Source: Vulcanimicrobiaceae bacterium
GTDB taxonomy: Bacteria > Acidobacteriota > Terriglobia > Acidiferrales > UBA7541
DNA: 64,000 bases
Direction of reading: 5' to 3'
NCBI GenBank assembly: GCA_035504455.1
Contig: DATJRU010000158.1
Coordinates: forward strand, 5,600 to 69,599
In this document: one piece after another, positions 20,681-30,968 of the stretch
How positions within the stretch are numbered: position 1 is the first letter of the stretch
How the letters are laid out: the number at the start of each line of letters is the position of its first letter
Notes under the pieces: model-generated
Databases searched by the model: none
Told to the model about the DNA's origin: nothing
Seen by the model: the letters and a program-made list of their open reading frames with translations, nothing else
Program-made: the position numbers and the translations under genes

Positions 20681-22279
20681 ATGGGTAGTCGACTGCTGGC
20701 AAAGAAGCCGATGGATTGGCTCCTGAACGAGGCGGACGAAGCCGGAGAGCACACACTAAAAAGAACGCTCGGCCCCGTGTCCCTCACCGCTCTGGGAGTG
20801 GGGGCGATCATCGGCGCCGGCATATTCGTCCTTTCCGGCCTTGGGGCCCATTACGCCGGCCCCGGCTTGATGCTTTCCTTCGTTATTTCGGGACTCGGCT
20901 GCGCCTTTGCGGGACTTTGCTATGCCGAGTTCGCTGCGCTGATCCCGCTTGCCGGTTCGGCATATACATATGCGTATGCGGCGCTCGGCGAAATCTTCGC
21001 CTGGATCATCGGATGGGATCTAACGCTCGAATACGCGATGGGCGCGAGCACCGTGTCTTCGGGTTGGTCCAACCACTTCATCGAGTTCCTGAATATCTTC
21101 GGACTCCGGATGCCTTTGTGGCTCGCGTACGATCACTGGACCGCCTTGTCAAAAGCCGAGGAAATCGTCTCGCGTCAAATGACCCACGCTGCATTCCCTA
21201 GCCTCGTCGAAAGCAGCCAGGCCTTCATCACGAAGGCGACTGAAATTATGGGCCAGCAGTCCCCAGAGCTGATCCAGCGCGCCCACGACCTTGTTGCCGC
21301 GCCTCACCTTTTCGGGTTTGAGATCGGTTTCAACCTGCCCGCGTTTCTGATCGCCGTGCTGATAACTGTCATTCTGGTAATCGGGATTCGCGAGAGCGCC
21401 ACGTTCAACTCTTTGATCGTCATCGTAAAAGTGGCGGTTGTCCTGTTTGTGATTGCCCTCGGTATGCATTACGTAGACCGGGCGAACTGGGGACACGATT
21501 GGGCGACATTCGCGCCGAAAGGGTTTTCGGGAATCGGGGCGGGAGCCGCGTACATCTTTTTCGCCTATATCGGCTTCGACGCCGTCTCGACGACGGCCCA
21601 GGAATCCAAGAATCCACAGCGGGATTTACCCATCGGCATTATCGCTTCACTGATCGCTTGTACCGTCCTCTACATTCTGGTCGCAGCCGTGCTGACGGGA
21701 ATGGTGCCATGGAAGGCCGTGAACATCGAGGCGCCTCTCGCCGTGGCTTTTCTCGATCGTGGCTTGGTGAAAGCCTCGGACGTGATTACTCTCGGCGCGC
21801 TCGCCGGCCTGACGAGCGTGATGCTCGTGATGCTGCTGGGGCAGACGCGAGTTCTCTACTCGATGGCGAACGATGGGCTTTTGCCGAGGAAATTCTTTGC
21901 GGCCGTCCACCCTCGCTTTCGCACCCCTTACAAGAATACGATCCTTGTCGGGCTCCTTGCGGCGGTCGTCGGGAGTGTCACTCCGATTGAAATTATCGGC
22001 GACATGGTGAACATCGGGACGCTATTTGCATTCATTATTGTCTGCGTCTCGGTCATGGTGCTCCGGCGCACGAACCCCGATCAGCCTCGGCCTTTTCGAA
22101 CACCCTGGGTGCCTGTTGTGCCGATCCTCGGAATCATCGTGAACGGGTATATGGTCTACAAGCTGGGCATCTGGAACTGGGTGCGTTTATTCGGCTGGTT
22201 GATCATCGGACTGGTTGTTTATTTCAGCTACAGCCGCCATCATAGTCGAGTCCAGAGGGGGGAACGGAAAATCGTGTGA
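20681..22279 (+). CDS. APC-superfamily (cationic amino acid transporter-like) permease
   Basis: From ORF 20663..22279. The ATG at 20681 follows GGGAGGA. LTALGVGAIIGAGIFVLSG and CYAEFAALIPLAGSAYTYAY are present, and the protein has about 14 TM. Confidence 0.85.
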   Translation: MGSRLLAKKPMDWLLNEADEAGEHTLKRTLGPVSLTALGVGAIIGAGIFVLSGLGAHYAGPGLMLSFVISGLGCAFAGLCYAEFAALIPLAGSAYTYAYAALGEIFAWIIGWDLTLEYAMGASTVSSGWSNHFIEFLNIFGLRMPLWLAYDHWTALSKAEEIVSRQMTHAAFPSLVESSQAFITKATEIMGQQSPELIQRAHDLVAAPHLFGFEIGFNLPAFLIAVLITVILVIGIRESATFNSLIVIVKVAVVLFVIALGMHYVDRANWGHDWATFAPKGFSGIGAGAAYIFFAYIGFDAVSTTAQESKNPQRDLPIGIIASLIACTVLYILVAAVLTGMVPWKAVNIEAPLAVAFLDRGLVKASDVITLGALAGLTSVMLVMLLGQTRVLYSMANDGLLPRKFFAAVHPRFRTPYKNTILVGLLAAVVGSVTPIEIIGDMVNIGTLFAFIIVCVSVMVLRRTNPDQPRPFRTPWVPVVPILGIIVNGYMVYKLGIWNWVRLFGWLIIGLVVYFSYSRHHSRVQRGERKIV

Positions 22280-22346
22280 CCCGAGCAAAGCGCCCTCACA
22301 CGCGAATCTCTGGCCTCTCGTCTACCGCCATGGGGGCTACTCCTAG

Positions 22347-24371
22347 GTGACCCCAATCTCCATCCGCCGATTCGCAGTCTTGTTCCGCCACATGACGCTG
22401 CTCGATCGTGTCTCGGCGGCGATCCTCCTTCTCTACGGGCTCGTCTATAGCGTGAACCGCTCGTCGGGACGCACGCTCCCTCTCTCTTCGCTCCTCGGTT
22501 TTTTCGGCGTGGCCGCCGCCGCGTATCTGCTCGTTCGGCTGATTCTCTTCATCCGCGCTCGCGGGATGTGGGCGCTGCGCAATCGCTTGATCGTCGCCTA
22601 TTTCTTCATGGCCGTGGCGCCGGTCGTCCTTCTTTTCGCGATGGTGGTCGTTGCGGCCTATCTCCTCGAGCTTCAGATCGGCGCGCATCTCCTTCGCGAC
22701 GATCTCGAAAGCCGAAGCGCCGTCATTGCCGCCGACACGGACACCATCGCCGCGGCCCTCACCCGCGAACCCGGTTTGAAGCCCGACCAGCCGGTCGCTC
22801 CGAATTCGGCAGCGATTGTGGATCCGATCCTGTTGCGTCCCGAAATCGCCAAAATCATCGCGGCTGCTCAGGCGGAAACTCCTGGTCTCCGCGTCGTCCT
22901 GAACCACGGCCAGCAGGTCGTGCGCGAAACACACGGCAAGCAGTTTTCCGGCCTCGCGGAATTCCGCAATCAGCTCTGGTTTGCTTCCGCCGAAAGCATT
23001 CCGGTGCCCGGCGGTCACGCAACCCTGCTCTCGGTGGCTCCGATCACCCCAAGCGTCTTGGATAGCCTCCCGTCGAAACTCGGCCCGATCGGCCTCACGC
23101 TGCTCGAGGCTGCGCCCGCTTCGTCGACGGGCGGCATCACTCTCGACGGCACGCACTACGATTTCGGCGAACAGATTGCCAGCGACAAGCGCGTGCTGGC
23201 CCCCGCGAGCCATCCCTTCGACCTTCACATCGATGGCTACGCCACGCTCGAAGCGGTGCGCGCCGATTTAGGCCCCGACAACGTGGAAGACCTGCCCGTC
23301 TTCGCCCACTTCTCCCTCCGTCTCTCGGAGGTGAATCGCGACCTTCTCACTTCCGTTGGCGCACTCGGGTCGTTTCTCGTTTCGGTGCTCGAAATTGTGG
23401 CCGCCGTCTTCCTTCTGCTCGAGATTGCCGCTCTGGCCGTGGGCATCATGCTGACGCGCACCATAACCGGTTCGGTCGCCGGGCTCTACGAAGCCACGCT
23501 CCATGTCCGCCGCGGCGACTTCAGCCATCGCATCCAGATTCGCCAGAAAGACCAGCTCGGCGCGCTCGGCGACTCGTTCAACGAGATGACCAGCTCGATC
23601 TCCGAGCTGATCGAGGAGCAGCGCCAGAAACAGCGCCTCGAGCACGAAGTGACCATCGCGCACGAGGTCCAGCAGCAGCTCTTTCCCAGAGTTTTCCCCA
23701 CGGCGCCAGGGCTCGAACTCGCCGCCATTTGCCGTCCGGCCCGCGTTGTCAGCGGCGACTACTACGACTTCATCCAGCTTGGGCCTAACCGCGTCGGAAT
23801 CGCCGTAGCCGACATCAGCGGCAAGGGAATCTATGCCGCGCTTCTCATGGCCAGCCTCCAGGCGGCGTTGCGCAGCATCGCGACTTCCGACGGCAGCGGC
23901 TGCACCGCCGAGGTGATCTCGCGGGTGAACACCCATCTCTTCGTCAATACGTCCGACGATCGCTACGCCACGCTGTTTTACGCCATCTACGACGCCGGGG
24001 CGAGAACGCTCACCTACACCAATGCCGGCCATCTCGCGCCGCTGCTCGTCTGCCCCGGCGCCGGCGATCAGGTGCAGCAGCTCGAGCAGGGCGGCACGGT
24101 CGTGGGTCTTTTTGAAAACCCCGGCTACACGGAAAGGACCGTGCAAGTCGCGCCCGGCAGCCTGCTGATCGTTTTCAGCGATGGCATCACGGAGCCGGAA
24201 AATGTCTACGGCGAGGAATTCGGAATGCAGCGTCTCAAAGCCGAGGTCCTGCGCCACAAAGACGCGCCGGTAAACCGCCTCGCCGACGACCTGGTCTCGG
24301 CTGCCGAACAGTGGGCCGGTTCGCCCGAGCAGGCCGACGATATGACCGTCGTTGTCGCGCGGATGAATTAG
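22347..24371 (+). CDS. membrane-bound HAMP-domain PP2C/SpoIIE-family serine phosphatase (RsbU-like)
   Basis: 674 aa. N-terminal TMs, a HAMP-like segment (RGDFSHRIQIRQKDQLGALGDSFNEMTSSI) and a PP2C block (VSGDYYDF...VADISGKGI...TNAGH...SDGITE...DDMTVVV). Confidence 0.85.
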   Translation: MTPISIRRFAVLFRHMTLLDRVSAAILLLYGLVYSVNRSSGRTLPLSSLLGFFGVAAAAYLLVRLILFIRARGMWALRNRLIVAYFFMAVAPVVLLFAMVVVAAYLLELQIGAHLLRDDLESRSAVIAADTDTIAAALTREPGLKPDQPVAPNSAAIVDPILLRPEIAKIIAAAQAETPGLRVVLNHGQQVVRETHGKQFSGLAEFRNQLWFASAESIPVPGGHATLLSVAPITPSVLDSLPSKLGPIGLTLLEAAPASSTGGITLDGTHYDFGEQIASDKRVLAPASHPFDLHIDGYATLEAVRADLGPDNVEDLPVFAHFSLRLSEVNRDLLTSVGALGSFLVSVLEIVAAVFLLLEIAALAVGIMLTRTITGSVAGLYEATLHVRRGDFSHRIQIRQKDQLGALGDSFNEMTSSISELIEEQRQKQRLEHEVTIAHEVQQQLFPRVFPTAPGLELAAICRPARVVSGDYYDFIQLGPNRVGIAVADISGKGIYAALLMASLQAALRSIATSDGSGCTAEVISRVNTHLFVNTSDDRYATLFYAIYDAGARTLTYTNAGHLAPLLVCPGAGDQVQQLEQGGTVVGLFENPGYTERTVQVAPGSLLIVFSDGITEPENVYGEEFGMQRLKAEVLRHKDAPVNRLADDLVSAAEQWAGSPEQADDMTVVVARMN

Positions 24372-24450
24372 GCGCTGGTTGCGGCCATTTGTTTATACTG
24401 AAGTCTCGCACCGGTTCCATGCACCTTCCCGTGCGATGTGAACATCAGCC

Positions 24451-26052
24451 ATGAAAATTCTCACAGCCGCCGAAATGAGGGAAGTCGACCGCCTCACCAC
24501 GAAACAACACGGTGTTCCAAGCCTCACCCTCATGGAAAACGCGGGGAAGAGCGTTGCGGATTTCATCGCAGCGCGATTCCCGGATTTCAAGCGGCGCCCG
24601 ATTGTAGTTCTTTGCGGCAAAGGAAATAACGGCGGTGATGGTTTTGTCGCCGCGCGCCACCTGCTGAAAATGGGCGCGAACGTCCGGGCGTATCTCGTGG
24701 GCGATCCGCGCGAAGTAAAGGGTGACGCCGCGACGAATCTGAACCGCTGGAAAAAAGCGCAAGGCAAGCTTTTCGTCGATCGCCCCGGGAAGCCTGCCGT
24801 TCCCGCTGAATTTCCGCCCGATGCGATCATCGTCGACGCGCTGCTCGGCACCGGCATCCGCGGCGCAGTCCAAGGCCGTCTCGCCGAAGAGATTGCAGCA
24901 GCGAATCGCCACCATCCCGGCTGCAACGTCGTCGCGATCGACATTCCATCGGGATTGGACGCGGATACTGGTGACGCTCCGGGCCCGGTCGTCGTCGCCG
25001 ATTACACGGTCACGTTCACCGCGCCGAAGCCCGGCCTCCTGCTCGGCGCCGGCCCTGGGCACGTGGGCGAGCTTCTCGTTCGCCATATCGGCTCGCCGTA
25101 CGATTTGATCGACGAAATAGGGAAAGGAAATCTGCGCTGGAGCGAGCCTGCCGAATTCGCCCGCTTCGCGAATCCGCGCAAACCTGAGGGCCACAAGGGC
25201 GATTACGGCCACGCCCTCATCGTCGCCGGATCGGTCGGCAAAACGGGTGCGGCCGTGCTCGCGTCCTGGGCAGCTTTACGCGCGGGCGCGGGCCTCGTCA
25301 CCGTGGCCACGCCCGAGCCGGCGCTACCCACTGTCGCCGCGCACACGCCCGAGGTGATGACCGAGCCGCTCGCCGCCACACGCGCCGGCACCATCTCCGA
25401 ACACTCCCTGGAAGGTGATTTCTTCGCCACGCTGCTCAAGGGCAAGCGCGCGCTCGCCATCGGCCCCGGCCTCACGACCCAGCAGGAAACGCAATCCTTC
25501 GTCCGCGCCGTCTTGAAAGCCCAATCCGAGATCCCGATCGTCCTCGACGCCGACGGCCTCAACGCCTTCGCCGGCCGCGCCGCCGAGCTGAAAAACCGCA
25601 ACGGCTTCCTCGTCGTCACGCCGCACCCCGGTGAAATGGCCCGCCTCACGGGGCGCACCACCGCCGAGATTCAGTCCAATCGAATCGAAATCGCGCTGAA
25701 ATCCGCGGCCGCCTGGAACGCCGTCGTCGTCCTCAAAGGACATCACACCGTGGTCGCCGCCCCGGATGGCTCGGCCCACATCAACTCCACGGGGAATCCA
25801 GGCATGGGCACGGGCGGTACGGGAGACGTCCTCACCGGCATGCTCGCGGGCCTGATCGCGCAGTACGCGCACGGCGGGAACGCAGATGCAGACGCCTTCG
25901 CGCGCCTGCTGGCGTTCGGCGTCTACCTCCACGGGCTCGCCGGCGACATTGCCTACGCCGACCACAACAGCGCGCCGCTGATGGCCAGCGACCTCATCCG
26001 CGCAGTTCCTCGCGCCTACGCGCAGTTCTACGCCGAGTCCGCCCGTGTCTAA
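24451..26052 (+). CDS. nnr: bifunctional NAD(P)H-hydrate epimerase / ADP-dependent dehydratase
   Basis: 533 aa. YjeF_N domain (VLCGKGNNGGDGFVAARHL) plus carbohydrate-kinase-like C-domain (GTGGTGDVLTGMLAG). Confidence 0.9.
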   Translation: MKILTAAEMREVDRLTTKQHGVPSLTLMENAGKSVADFIAARFPDFKRRPIVVLCGKGNNGGDGFVAARHLLKMGANVRAYLVGDPREVKGDAATNLNRWKKAQGKLFVDRPGKPAVPAEFPPDAIIVDALLGTGIRGAVQGRLAEEIAAANRHHPGCNVVAIDIPSGLDADTGDAPGPVVVADYTVTFTAPKPGLLLGAGPGHVGELLVRHIGSPYDLIDEIGKGNLRWSEPAEFARFANPRKPEGHKGDYGHALIVAGSVGKTGAAVLASWAALRAGAGLVTVATPEPALPTVAAHTPEVMTEPLAATRAGTISEHSLEGDFFATLLKGKRALAIGPGLTTQQETQSFVRAVLKAQSEIPIVLDADGLNAFAGRAAELKNRNGFLVVTPHPGEMARLTGRTTAEIQSNRIEIALKSAAAWNAVVVLKGHHTVVAAPDGSAHINSTGNPGMGTGGTGDVLTGMLAGLIAQYAHGGNADADAFARLLAFGVYLHGLAGDIAYADHNSAPLMASDLIRAVPRAYAQFYAESARV

Positions 26053-26506
26053 GCGCGAAATCGTGACCCACTCCGCCGAGGAAACCATCGCGCGCGGCCG
26101 CGAATTGGCGGCTGCACTGAAACCGCCGGCTCTAATTCTTCTCTCGGGCGATCTCGGGGCGGGGAAGACCACTCTGACGAAGGGCATCGCCGGCGGCTTA
26201 GGCGCCGCCGACGAGGACGAAGTCACCAGCCCCACGTTCACGCTGGTCCACAAATACGATCGCGGCGTTCGCGTCTACCACGTCGATCTCTATCGCATCG
26301 GCGATTTCCACGACCTCGAAACGCTCGGCCTCGAGGACGTCTTCACCGAGCGCGCCATCGTGATTGTCGAATGGCCCGACCGCCTCACGCTGCGCACCGA
26401 TTGGCCGGCCGTGCGCATTCACCTAGAACACGTCGCCGAAGACCAGCGCCGCATCTCGATCGACGATCCCGCGGGAATCCTGCTCCCGCAACTCACCGCT
26501 CGCTAA
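26045..26506 (+). CDS. tsaE: tRNA t6A37 biosynthesis protein TsaE
   Basis: 153 aa with LSGDLGAGKTTLTKGI and SPTFTLVHKY. Overlaps the nnr stop by 8 nt. Confidence 0.9.
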   Translation: MSKREIVTHSAEETIARGRELAAALKPPALILLSGDLGAGKTTLTKGIAGGLGAADEDEVTSPTFTLVHKYDRGVRVYHVDLYRIGDFHDLETLGLEDVFTERAIVIVEWPDRLTLRTDWPAVRIHLEHVAEDQRRISIDDPAGILLPQLTAR

Positions 26507-27277
26507 CTACAGCCCCATAATGTGGAATCCGGCGTCGACGTAAATCACGTTCCCCGTCACGCCGCGCCCCAGATCGCTCCCCAGGAACACCGCCGTATCC
26601 GCCACTTCCGCGATGTCCGTATTCCGACGCAGCGGCGCGTGCTGCGCCACCACATCGAGCACCTTCGAAAAATCCTTAATCCCGCGTGCCGAAATCGTCT
26701 TGATCGGCCCGGCAGAAATCGCGTTCACGCGAATCTTGTTCGCGCCCAACTCGCTCGCCAGGTAACGCACCTCCGCTTCGAGCGCCGCCTTCGCCACGCC
26801 CATCATGTTGTAGTTCGTCACCACGCGCGTCGAACCCAGATACGTCAGCGTCATGATCGCGCCGCCGTCGGTCATCAGCGGCGAGAGCGCCTTGGAAATG
26901 GCGACCAGCGAGTACGCGCTCACGTCGAGCGCCAGCTGAAATCCCTCGCGCGAGGTATCGACGAACGGCCGGTTTAGATCCTCATGCTTCGCGGCGGCCA
27001 GGCTGTGCACCACCACGTCCAGCTTGTGCCCTTCCGCTTTCAGCGACTCCGCCATCCGGTCGATGTCCGACTGCTGCTGCACCTCGCACGCAAAAAAGCC
27101 CGTAGCTCCCAGTTCCTTGCCCAGCTCTTCGACCGTCACCTTCGCCCGCTCGTTCTGATACGTCAGAAGCAGCTTCGCCCCGTCGCGCACAAAGGCGTGG
27201 GCGATGGCGTAGGCGATGCTCCACTTATTCCAGACCCCCAGTACGATCGCTGTCTTACCTTCCAGTAGTTTAGGCAT
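26507..27277 (-). CDS. fabI: enoyl-ACP reductase (NADH) FabI
   Basis: From ORF 26507..27316. The Met at 27277 gives MPKLLEGKTAIVLGVWNKWSIAYAIA. An SDR fold with the SAGPIKT motif. Its stop abuts the tsaE stop (convergent genes, zero spacer). Confidence 0.9.
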   Translation of the reverse strand: MPKLLEGKTAIVLGVWNKWSIAYAIAHAFVRDGAKLLLTYQNERAKVTVEELGKELGATGFFACEVQQQSDIDRMAESLKAEGHKLDVVVHSLAAAKHEDLNRPFVDTSREGFQLALDVSAYSLVAISKALSPLMTDGGAIMTLTYLGSTRVVTNYNMMGVAKAALEAEVRYLASELGANKIRVNAISAGPIKTISARGIKDFSKVLDVVAQHAPLRRNTDIAEVADTAVFLGSDLGRGVTGNVIYVDAGFHIMGL

Positions 27278-27477
27278 GGCCCGACATTTTACCCGCAAAC
27301 CGAGCCCCGCGTGCATATCTTCGGCCCCAACCCCGCGCCCGGGAGCCCATCGGGCCTCGCTTGGGAGTAGTCCCCTCGGTACTTGGCGTTAACCGTTACG
27401 TCTCGCTTTATACCTCGCCATTGCTCCCGCTTTTTCCCTCGGCTAGATTGAAAGTTCATCTGCCCAGCGGGCTTCGG

Positions 27478-29988
27478 ATGACAGACACTCGCATCGTCAC
27501 ATCCTCGCCAACTGCCGGTCCGGCGCCGATCCGGCTGGAGCCGTACTCCGCCGAAATCCGCCTCACCAAGCTGGCCGTCGGCCTCGACAACATCCACTAT
27601 GACGTCTTCTTGAGCCCCAAGTTCGTCGAGCTTACGCGCAAATACCTGCTCGACCTGATCCGCCAGACCGTCAACATCAGCATGCTCTATCGCCAGGACT
27701 GGGAGCGCGAGCGCAAGCACCGCGCCGGGCAGCCCGAGCATGCCGCTTTCCGCAAAATCCTCACCGAAGTCCTCCAGCAATCGGTGACCCGCGCCAAATT
27801 CCAGCAGTCGATCGAGACCGACATCCTCCACCGGCTCGCCTTGCTGAAATTCATCGGTCAGGAGATCGGCAACCAGTTCTCCAGCATTCTCGTCGAGTGC
27901 AAGGATTACATTCGCGGCCGCGGCGAAGTCTTCGAGCATAGCGAGCAGGCGCACGTCCTGCGCGCCAAAATCTCCGAGCTCCAGACCGACCGTAAGAACG
28001 TGATTCGCGAGGTCGGCAGCACCCTGTGCCGCATCTGGCGCGAAGTCGAGGAGAACACGATCGCCAAGACCCGCCGCGCCCTTTTCGGCGAGGACTTCGG
28101 CGCAACCTACGAGCTCCTCCAGAATCGCCTCCTCTTCGCCGAAGGTGGCAACGACGATCGCCTGTTTCTCGAGCACTACGTCCTGCTCGGCAATTTCATC
28201 AACGACCCGGACCGCTTCGACATCTTCGACGCACTGCTCCTCGATTTCGTCCGCGAGTACGTCCTCTCGGGCGACAATTCCGAAGAACTCGCCAAGGCCC
28301 GCAAGGCCCACGAGCGCCTTCTCGAACAGGCCCGGCAGCTGCGCTCCGAGCTCGCGCGCTTGGAGCAAGAGCAGGAGGAAGTCGCCTCGCGCGCCGGCCA
28401 GGGCGAAGAAACTTTTCCGCGCCTCTTCAAGCGCAAGCAAACCGGCGGCACCGAGGCTCGCGCCGAGCTCGACGACATTCGCCGCAAGTCCGCGTCCCTC
28501 GAAAAAAATCTCGCCGACGTCGCTCCCCAGATCGAAGCCGCCAAGCAACGCCTGGACTTCCTCGCCGGCGAGCTCCAGAGCCGCCTGGGCGACTATTTGA
28601 ACGAGCCCGCCAACTCGCGGCGCCTTTTCGACGCCCAATTCGCGCAGTCCAGTTCCGGCGGCGAAGCCGCGGCCGAGGCCTGCGCTCGCATGCTCGAAGA
28701 ATGGATCCATCGCCTCGAGGAACGCGACTTGCTCGTTCATGTCCTCGCGGGCTACGAGCTTCGCAAAATCGCCACCGAATACTCGCCGCCGATCCACTTG
28801 CAGCAGATGAAGAAGGCGCTCGTCAATCGCGACGAGGCCAAGCGCGTCGAAACGATCCTCGAGCAATTTCCCGCGCGCAAAATCTCCATGAAGCGCCTCG
28901 ACGAATCCTCGCGCGCCATTCGCCGCCGCAGCCACGACGAGACGCTCGCCGTCGGCCTGCAGTTTGCCGAGGACCTGATGCGCCTCCGCCGCGACCGCCG
29001 CAATTACCAGCAGGTGGCCGCGTGCATGGAGCAGATCAACCTCGTCCGCTCCGAAAAATCGCGCGAGCTTTCGCGCGCCAACAAAAGCCTCTACGAATTC
29101 CTGCATCCCGATGAGGGCCAGCCCGCCGACGATCCCATCGTCAGTCACGTGGTGATCAAGGCCGACGTCCGCGGTTCGACCGGCATCACCAAGGACCTGC
29201 TCGCGCGCGGCATGAACCCCGCCTCGCATTTCAGCATGGCGCTGCACGAACCCGTGAAGCGCATGCTCGAGCATTACGGCGCAGCGAAGGTCTTCATCGA
29301 AGGCGACGCCATCATCCTCGCGATTTACGAGACGGAAGCGACCCGCGCCAGCCGCCGCGCCGTGGCCCGTGCCTGCGTCCTCTCGCGCGAAATTCTCGCG
29401 GTGACGCAGGCCTACAACGCACGCGCCAAGAGCGGCAATCTGCCGCCGCTCGAATTGGGCGTCGGCGTGGCGTTCCAGGATTCAGCGCCCTCGCTCTGGA
29501 TGGACGCCGACTCGAAGATCATGATCTCGCGCGCTCTCAATCTTTCCGACCGCCTCTCGAGCTGCTCGAAAATGGCCAAGCGCCTGTTTCAGGCCAATCC
29601 CGCGCCGTTCAACGTCTACCTGCTGCAAACGCTGATGGAAGATTCCGTCGCGGACGAAGGCGAAGAGCTGCTCGTGCGTTACAACCTCAATGGCATCGAG
29701 CTCAACGACGAAGGCTTCCAGAAGCTCAGCGCGGAAATCTCGCTCGCTCCCATGGCCGGCAATTTCCCGATGCCCTGGGGCAAGGAACGCGTCCAGCTCT
29801 TCTTCGGCGAAGTCCCGCTCGGCGAATCGCTCGAGCCCATCGTCATTCGCAAGGGCTACGTCCGCCAGCTATTGCCCGGCGCCAAAATCGGAGCGCAGGG
29901 CGCCCGCCCCTACTACGAAGTCTGCACCGACGCCAAGCTCCTCGAGCTCGCCCGCAAGCGCGGCGGCGCCCCACCGGCGAAACCCTGA
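27478..29988 (+). CDS. large coiled-coil protein with C-terminal class III nucleotidyl cyclase-like domain
   Basis: From ORF 27361..29988, with a probable start at MTDTRIV (27478). The C-terminal region VVIKADVRGSTGIT...KVFIEGDAIILAIYE...ELGVGVAFQ resembles the adenylate/guanylate cyclase catalytic fold. The N-terminal 550 aa has no domain I recognise. Confidence 0.55.
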   Translation: MTDTRIVTSSPTAGPAPIRLEPYSAEIRLTKLAVGLDNIHYDVFLSPKFVELTRKYLLDLIRQTVNISMLYRQDWERERKHRAGQPEHAAFRKILTEVLQQSVTRAKFQQSIETDILHRLALLKFIGQEIGNQFSSILVECKDYIRGRGEVFEHSEQAHVLRAKISELQTDRKNVIREVGSTLCRIWREVEENTIAKTRRALFGEDFGATYELLQNRLLFAEGGNDDRLFLEHYVLLGNFINDPDRFDIFDALLLDFVREYVLSGDNSEELAKARKAHERLLEQARQLRSELARLEQEQEEVASRAGQGEETFPRLFKRKQTGGTEARAELDDIRRKSASLEKNLADVAPQIEAAKQRLDFLAGELQSRLGDYLNEPANSRRLFDAQFAQSSSGGEAAAEACARMLEEWIHRLEERDLLVHVLAGYELRKIATEYSPPIHLQQMKKALVNRDEAKRVETILEQFPARKISMKRLDESSRAIRRRSHDETLAVGLQFAEDLMRLRRDRRNYQQVAACMEQINLVRSEKSRELSRANKSLYEFLHPDEGQPADDPIVSHVVIKADVRGSTGITKDLLARGMNPASHFSMALHEPVKRMLEHYGAAKVFIEGDAIILAIYETEATRASRRAVARACVLSREILAVTQAYNARAKSGNLPPLELGVGVAFQDSAPSLWMDADSKIMISRALNLSDRLSSCSKMAKRLFQANPAPFNVYLLQTLMEDSVADEGEELLVRYNLNGIELNDEGFQKLSAEISLAPMAGNFPMPWGKERVQLFFGEVPLGESLEPIVIRKGYVRQLLPGAKIGAQGARPYYEVCTDAKLLELARKRGGAPPAKP

Positions 29989-30023
29989 AGCGCGAACTTC
30001 CGCATTCGAAACTCGAAATTCGT

Positions 30024-30067
30024 GATCCGAATGTAGCGCCGCGGCTTTCAGCCCGGCATCGCGCTTC
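30024..30067. repeat. direct repeat copy 1 upstream of tRNA-Sec
   Basis: GATCCGAATGTAGCGCCGCGGCTTTCAGCCCGGCATCGCGCTTC recurs 140 bp downstream with a few substitutions. Confidence 0.8.
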
Positions 30068-30163
30068 TGAAATTGGAAGTTGGATTGTGAAATCGGGAAA
30101 TGTGAAATTCGCGCTGCGCCCCCAGACCCGCGCTTCGGTATAATCTCCCGCCGTCGGAATTAA

Positions 30164-30210
30164 GATCCGAATGTAGCGCCGCGGCTTTCAGTCTGGCATC
30201 CCGCTTCGGA
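30164..30210. repeat. direct repeat copy 2, immediately upstream of tRNA-Sec
   Basis: GATCCGAATGTAGCGCCGCGGCTTTCAGTCTGGCATCCCGCTTCGGA ends 8 nt before the tRNA-Sec 5' end. Confidence 0.8.
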
Positions 30211-30217
30211 TCGCATC

Positions 30218-30316
30218 GGAGGCGAAAGGGGTCCGGTGACCCTCGTGGCCTTCAAAGCCATTGATTCTGTCCTTCGCGGCCAGAATGGTGGGTTCGACTC
30301 CCACACGCTTCCGCCA
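30218..30316 (+). tRNA. selC: tRNA-Sec (anticodon TCA)
   Basis: 99 nt: GGAGGCGAAAGGGGTCCGGTGACCCTCGTGGCCTTCAAAGCCATTGATTCTGTCCTTCGCGGCCAGAATGGTGGGTTCGACTCCCACACGCTTCCGCCA. Features: long acceptor stem, 6-bp D stem GGGTC(C)/GACCC with a 4-nt loop, anticodon loop CTTCAAA, long variable arm, T arm GTGGG-TTCGACT-CCCAC. It closely parallels E. coli selC as I remember it. Confidence 0.85.
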
Positions 30317-30347
30317 ACCCCCCACCCCGCAGACCGAGCAACCTCTG

Positions 30348-30650
30348 TCAGGCGTGGACTGGCTCTCGGCGTTTGAGACGGGGCAGCGCTTCAATCGATT
30401 TCCCGGCTTTTTGCTGCGCGAGCCGCAGTTCGTAAAGGCTCTGGAGGTTGAGCCAGAACTGGGGGCTCGTCCCGAGGAAATGGCCGAGGCGTAGCGCTGT
30501 GTCGCCAGTGACAGCGCGAGTGCTGTTCAAAATCTGTGTGACGGGATTGGTAGGGACGCCGATTTTTCGAGCGAGTTCGGACGCACTCATATCGAGCACA
30601 TCGAGTTCCTCCGCCAGATGCTCTACTGGATGGATCGCCATTGCAGCCAT
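30348..30650 (-). CDS. higA: HigA-family (XRE HTH) antitoxin-like protein, no intact partner toxin seen
   Basis: 100 aa. HPVEHLAEELDVLDMSASELARKIGVPTNPVTQILNSTRAVTGDTALRLGHFLGTSPQFWLNLQSLYEL is the classic HigA/VapI layout. Confidence 0.8.
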   Translation of the reverse strand: MAAMAIHPVEHLAEELDVLDMSASELARKIGVPTNPVTQILNSTRAVTGDTALRLGHFLGTSPQFWLNLQSLYELRLAQQKAGKSIEALPRLKRREPVHA

Positions 30651-30968
30651 GATGTTCTCCTACAATATGCTCGCCTCGCGCGTTAGGCCGAGCGTACGCC
30701 TCGCGCGGATGCGAGCTCTGTCCGGCCCTCCGCAAAGTACGCCCTTGCGACGCACCGCTGGATATGGCAGCGTAAATGTGGGGGATTGTCGTGCTGGTCG
30801 CGAACGCTAACCCGTACGGGACGCCGGCGATGTGGCCGCGGCCAGCGACCAATGCACGAAGCATCCGCGACGGCCGGCCAGCATCAAACGATTTGCGGCC
30901 GTGCCGGGTGTGACGATCCGGCGCATGGGCCTCGCCGAGGCCTGGGAATCCGCCGCGAACCGCCGATT

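Noticed and set aside
30139-30144. TATAAT hexamer 74 nt upstream of tRNA-Sec as its promoter.
   Set aside because: No acceptable -35 or extended -10 is present at the right spacing, and a repeat copy lies between it and the tRNA. I left it unannotated.
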